Source: Monocercomonoides exilis PA203 (Eukaryota; Protista; Preaxostyla). From it: a DNA stretch of 64,000 nt. Shown here in pieces: positions 60,606 to 64,000 of the stretch. Position numbers and translations under genes: made by a program. The notes under the pieces were generated by a model. It searched no databases. It was not told the DNA's origin and worked only from the letters and a program-made list of their open reading frames with translations. Numbering within the stretch: position 1 is the first letter of the stretch; each line of letters opens with the position of its first letter. The stretch lies in NCBI GenBank assembly GCA_001643675.2, contig LSRY02000008.1:930001-994000 (forward strand), in the 5' to 3' direction.

Positions 60606-61380
60606 TTACAGACGCACATGAAGGAATTCTGCATTTGAATTTAAATTATCGTCTCCAATTATCTCTTTTTCGAAAAACAGTAGCAATCCGGCAATGCAAT
60701 CTTCGTATCCTTCTTCTTCCATCTTTTCAAATAATTCAATTTTTGCTGCCTTTCTTTTCGCTTCTTCCATTTCATCACCAGTCTTTCCTTTCAACCTTTT
60801 ACAAATTTCTTCAAAGAATTCAAAATAATCGTCAACATGTTCATCTTTAATTGTTGCTTGCCTTATTTCCTCCAAAAATGCATCAACAACTCCGCCTTTC
60901 AACAAATCGCCAATTCGTGTATCTCTATTTTCCGCATACATTCTCAAAGAATAAATGCACCAGTTACTGATTTGTTCGTTGTTCTCCTTTGCCATTCGAA
61001 GCAGTTGAATAATGCTGCTGATAAGCTCAACATTTCTTTTGTTCCACAATTTGTGGGAGGATTAAAATGTGTGAAATAATCGGAGCCATTTCATCAAAAC
61101 AAAAAGGTCTTTTGTTTCTTCTTCTTTTCTCGATCAATTCACATTTCTTGCCAGCTCTTTCAGTTCTCTTGCTGCCTCTCTCGCAAAATGCAGTTCTTCA
61201 GCAATTGCACCATTCAAGCAATGATCTCAGAATAATCCTTGAATCAAAAAATCCCAAGCAGATTGATACGCAAGATGGTTTCGATCGTGATGCTTTTGAT
61301 GATATTTGATGATTTCTACCATCTCTTTCAAATAAAAATAAAGGAACAAAAAAGTCTGAGAGATTTTGATTTTTTTGGTG
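60606..61380 (-). pseudogene. 5'-truncated ARM-like family paralog
   Basis: IIKYHQKHHDRNHLAYQSAWDFL...LHFAREAARELEEL...EKMEEEGYEDCI, with an internal stop and frameshift. It ends at the pogo-like insertion. Confidence 0.75.
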
Positions 61381-61384
61381 CATA

Positions 61385-63422
61385 GGGTCAGTTATTTATC
61401 GGGACCCTTTTTTTTATTGGGAACTTTTTTTTTGATATAAAAAAAAATTTAATAAAAATTAAAAACACACAAATGACGAATCCAATTTTCGCATAACTTT
61501 TCTTTTTCATTTTTTTCTTTCAATAACAATGATTTCTTCCTTTTCATTTTCATGATCATCTTCTTTCACTTCAAATTTTCTCTTTATTTTTTTCATTTCA
61601 ACAAAAGATTCTAACTCATTATCGTCTTTTTGCTCTTCTTTTTTCATTTCTTCAGAAGAATTCTTTTCATCGTCAACTTTTTCTTCTTCTTTTATTCCTA
61701 AATGTTCACTCCAATCATTCAGAAGCTTCTCATCAGTTATTAACTTTCCATAGAAATCGAATCTGTTTAAATGAGTTGAAGATTGATAATCCGATGTTTC
61801 TGGCAGCTTCATGAGAATCGATCCAGATTCGTAATGAAGAACTCCACTTGTTGCGAAGGCTTTTTTTATGACAGCAGGTGAGGGAGTGTGATGAATTGCT
61901 TGAGGGAGAACATCCACAAGAGCTGTTCTTTTCGATGAAGATGTCGATGAAGATGGAGGTTCATATTTTGATTGCAGCTCTGTTTTTAAAACAGTGAAGA
62001 CTCCTCTGTCGAGAGGCCGTGCAATATGTGTGCTGTGAGGAATGAAGGTTACGACGTCAATATTTTCTTTTTGAAATTCTCTCCAGATTGTCGGATCTGC
62101 GCGAGAAATGTGTGAGTCTATGAGAAGCAAGCAGCGAGAGTTTTCCAGTAACATGCGCTTTCTGCGATCGATTATTCCTTGAAGGAGCGTTGTTAGTGCG
62201 TACTTTTTGAATTCATTGCAGCCCATCCAACCACTTCTGTTCGGCCAGATATCCAGAATTTGTGACAGCAGCAGCTTCATTTCATCAGGAAGACTCTTGC
62301 TAAGCCATAGAATCACAGAAGGAAGTGCAAATCCATCAGCAGCCACAGCAGCAACCAGAGTAGAATTCGCCATTTTTGGTGGTTCTTTGCGAAATCCTGG
62401 ATTTTCATTTTTCGGGTGCACCACGCTCAGCTTAAAATTTATTGGATCTTTCAGCGATGACTTATCCATATTGAATATCAGTTCATTGCAGTATTCATTT
62501 TTTTCGTGCAAATCGTCCAGTAATGAATACCAGGGCTGCAGAACACTTTGGCACGACACCGCAAGGCGATTAACATCAACATTTTTCGGCGAACTTCTCT
62601 TCAGCCCTGGATGGCGCTTCATAAATTGGTAAGCCGTAGCCATTGAAACGTTAATGTATGTGGTGTCTTCATCTTATGTATCATTTATCACATTTTCCAT
62701 CTTATTTATTTTAAAGAATTATTAATTATTTAAGAACAACAAACCAGTTCGCGAACTTTCCGTTAAGGCAAACAGCTTCCAGATCTTGGTTCAATGATTA
62801 TTTCATTCAGTTCAATTTGTTCTTTGTCTCCTATTACAAATTGCGGTCTTCCAACTTTTAAAACCAGCCTTTTGCTTCTATGCGCACGAACAGCGTTTTT
62901 GATCCTTTTTCGTAAGAATTCCATGGAGTTTATAGCGTCTGTAATCCTGACAACTCCATCAACCCCAATGCGCGCCATTTGTTCCAGCCGATTGTCAATT
63001 CTTCTGTAATCGAAAGATTTCGTTGCAGCACGTAATTTCCTTTGTCCAGCAATTCTCTTTTGTTCCACAGCAATTTTCATTTTTTTATTATGGTTATGAT
63101 CTAAAGTCCAACTTATAAATTTATTAATTTTCAATTTTCAATTTTCATTGATATTGAATTTTTATTTACATTCAATACGAATTTAAATGGTTTTATACCC
63201 CTTGTTACCCACCTATTTATTTATTTTTTTCGATGGAAGGGATTAACCCCATCATCTCCCCCACATTGGAAATAGGCTTCGTATTCAAATGTAATTATCC
63301 TAATTTTCAGGGTTTGCTTATCAACTGATAATGTTAATAAATATATAAAAAGTGGGAATTTTTATTTTCTATTTAAAAATTGAGGCACCGTTTAAAAATA
63401 GGTCCCGATAAATAACTGACCC
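61385..63422 (-). mobile_element. pogo/Fot1-like Tc1/mariner element (DD35D)
   Basis: Perfect 22-bp TIRs gggtcagttatttatcgggacc / ggtcccgataaataactgaccc, with TA on both sides. Confidence 0.92.
61507..63080 (-). CDS. DDE_1-type (pogo-like) transposase, possibly disrupted near 62650-62760
   Basis: Triad IFNMDKS / LLIDSH / PLDRGVF with 35 residues between D2 and D3. An upstream basic ORF (ATG 63080, 'KVGRP') is the likely DNA-binding exon; the junction was not resolved. Confidence 0.75.
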
Positions 63423-64000
63423 TATTTAATAATATAATAAAAAAAGTTAATTCATTGTATTGATGTAACACGGAAACTTATTTATCAACAAAAAAAAATA
63501 GTTTTAAATATTCAAATAATATTTTTTGATTTATTGATTTGAATCAAGAACAAAATACATTTTCTCATTCGAATAAGAATATTTAATAAAAATCGGCAAA
63601 CTGTGAATTCATTTCGGGACTGTTAACACTTCCAGCCAGTAAATATCTTCAACTTTTTAATTTCTTGATTTTTGATCAAGCCTATAAACTCTATTTGTGT
63701 GAATTATTTTTATTGAATTTTTAAAGATTTTCAAACGATTTCTGTCAGAAGATAATATCACAAAAAAAACTTTATATGTGATAGATTTTTTGAATATCAT
63801 AAAAAATGAAATATTTTTATGAACATATTGTTCCCTTATAAATTATGTTTTACGATTTAAGTTTTTATATTGAAAAGATCTTGATTTGTTGTTCAAATGT
63901 AAGAAATTCCATATGGGACAGAATTTTTTCATTAATGAAAAATCTAATGATTTGTTCCAATTTTTTTCTACAATCGTCTGATTATAATACTAACATTATC

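Noticed and set aside
1-64000. tRNA, rRNA or telomeric repeats
   Set aside because: None were recognised by eye; a covariance-model scan would be needed to exclude small RNAs.

Overview
AT-rich eukaryotic DNA with short spliceosomal introns and the standard genetic code. The gene families present (a tyrosine-kinase-like remnant, ARM-like 'EKMEEEGYED' proteins, GGA-type beta-helix proteins) point to an anaerobic metamonad, probably the oxymonad Monocercomonoides; this is an inference. Apparently intact genes: three intronless paralogs built from a Trp/Met-rich 30-aa ankyrin-derived repeat with capped modules and hypervariable positions; a 6-exon PPPDE(DeSI)-PUL isopeptidase with a 10-nt microexon and a GC-AG intron; an ARM-like family gene; and a ~3000-aa multi-pass TmcB/C-like membrane protein ending in a hemerythrin domain, split only by one extra base in a (CCT)n tract. 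The rest is dominated by DNA transposons and pseudogenes: a 12.2-kb cargo-laden hAT element with a perfect 8-bp TSD, a pogo/Fot1-like DD35D element with long-TIR MITE relatives (one at the centre of a 2.4-kb palindrome), and three degenerate Merlin/ISXO2 elements. All alignments and counts were made by eye.
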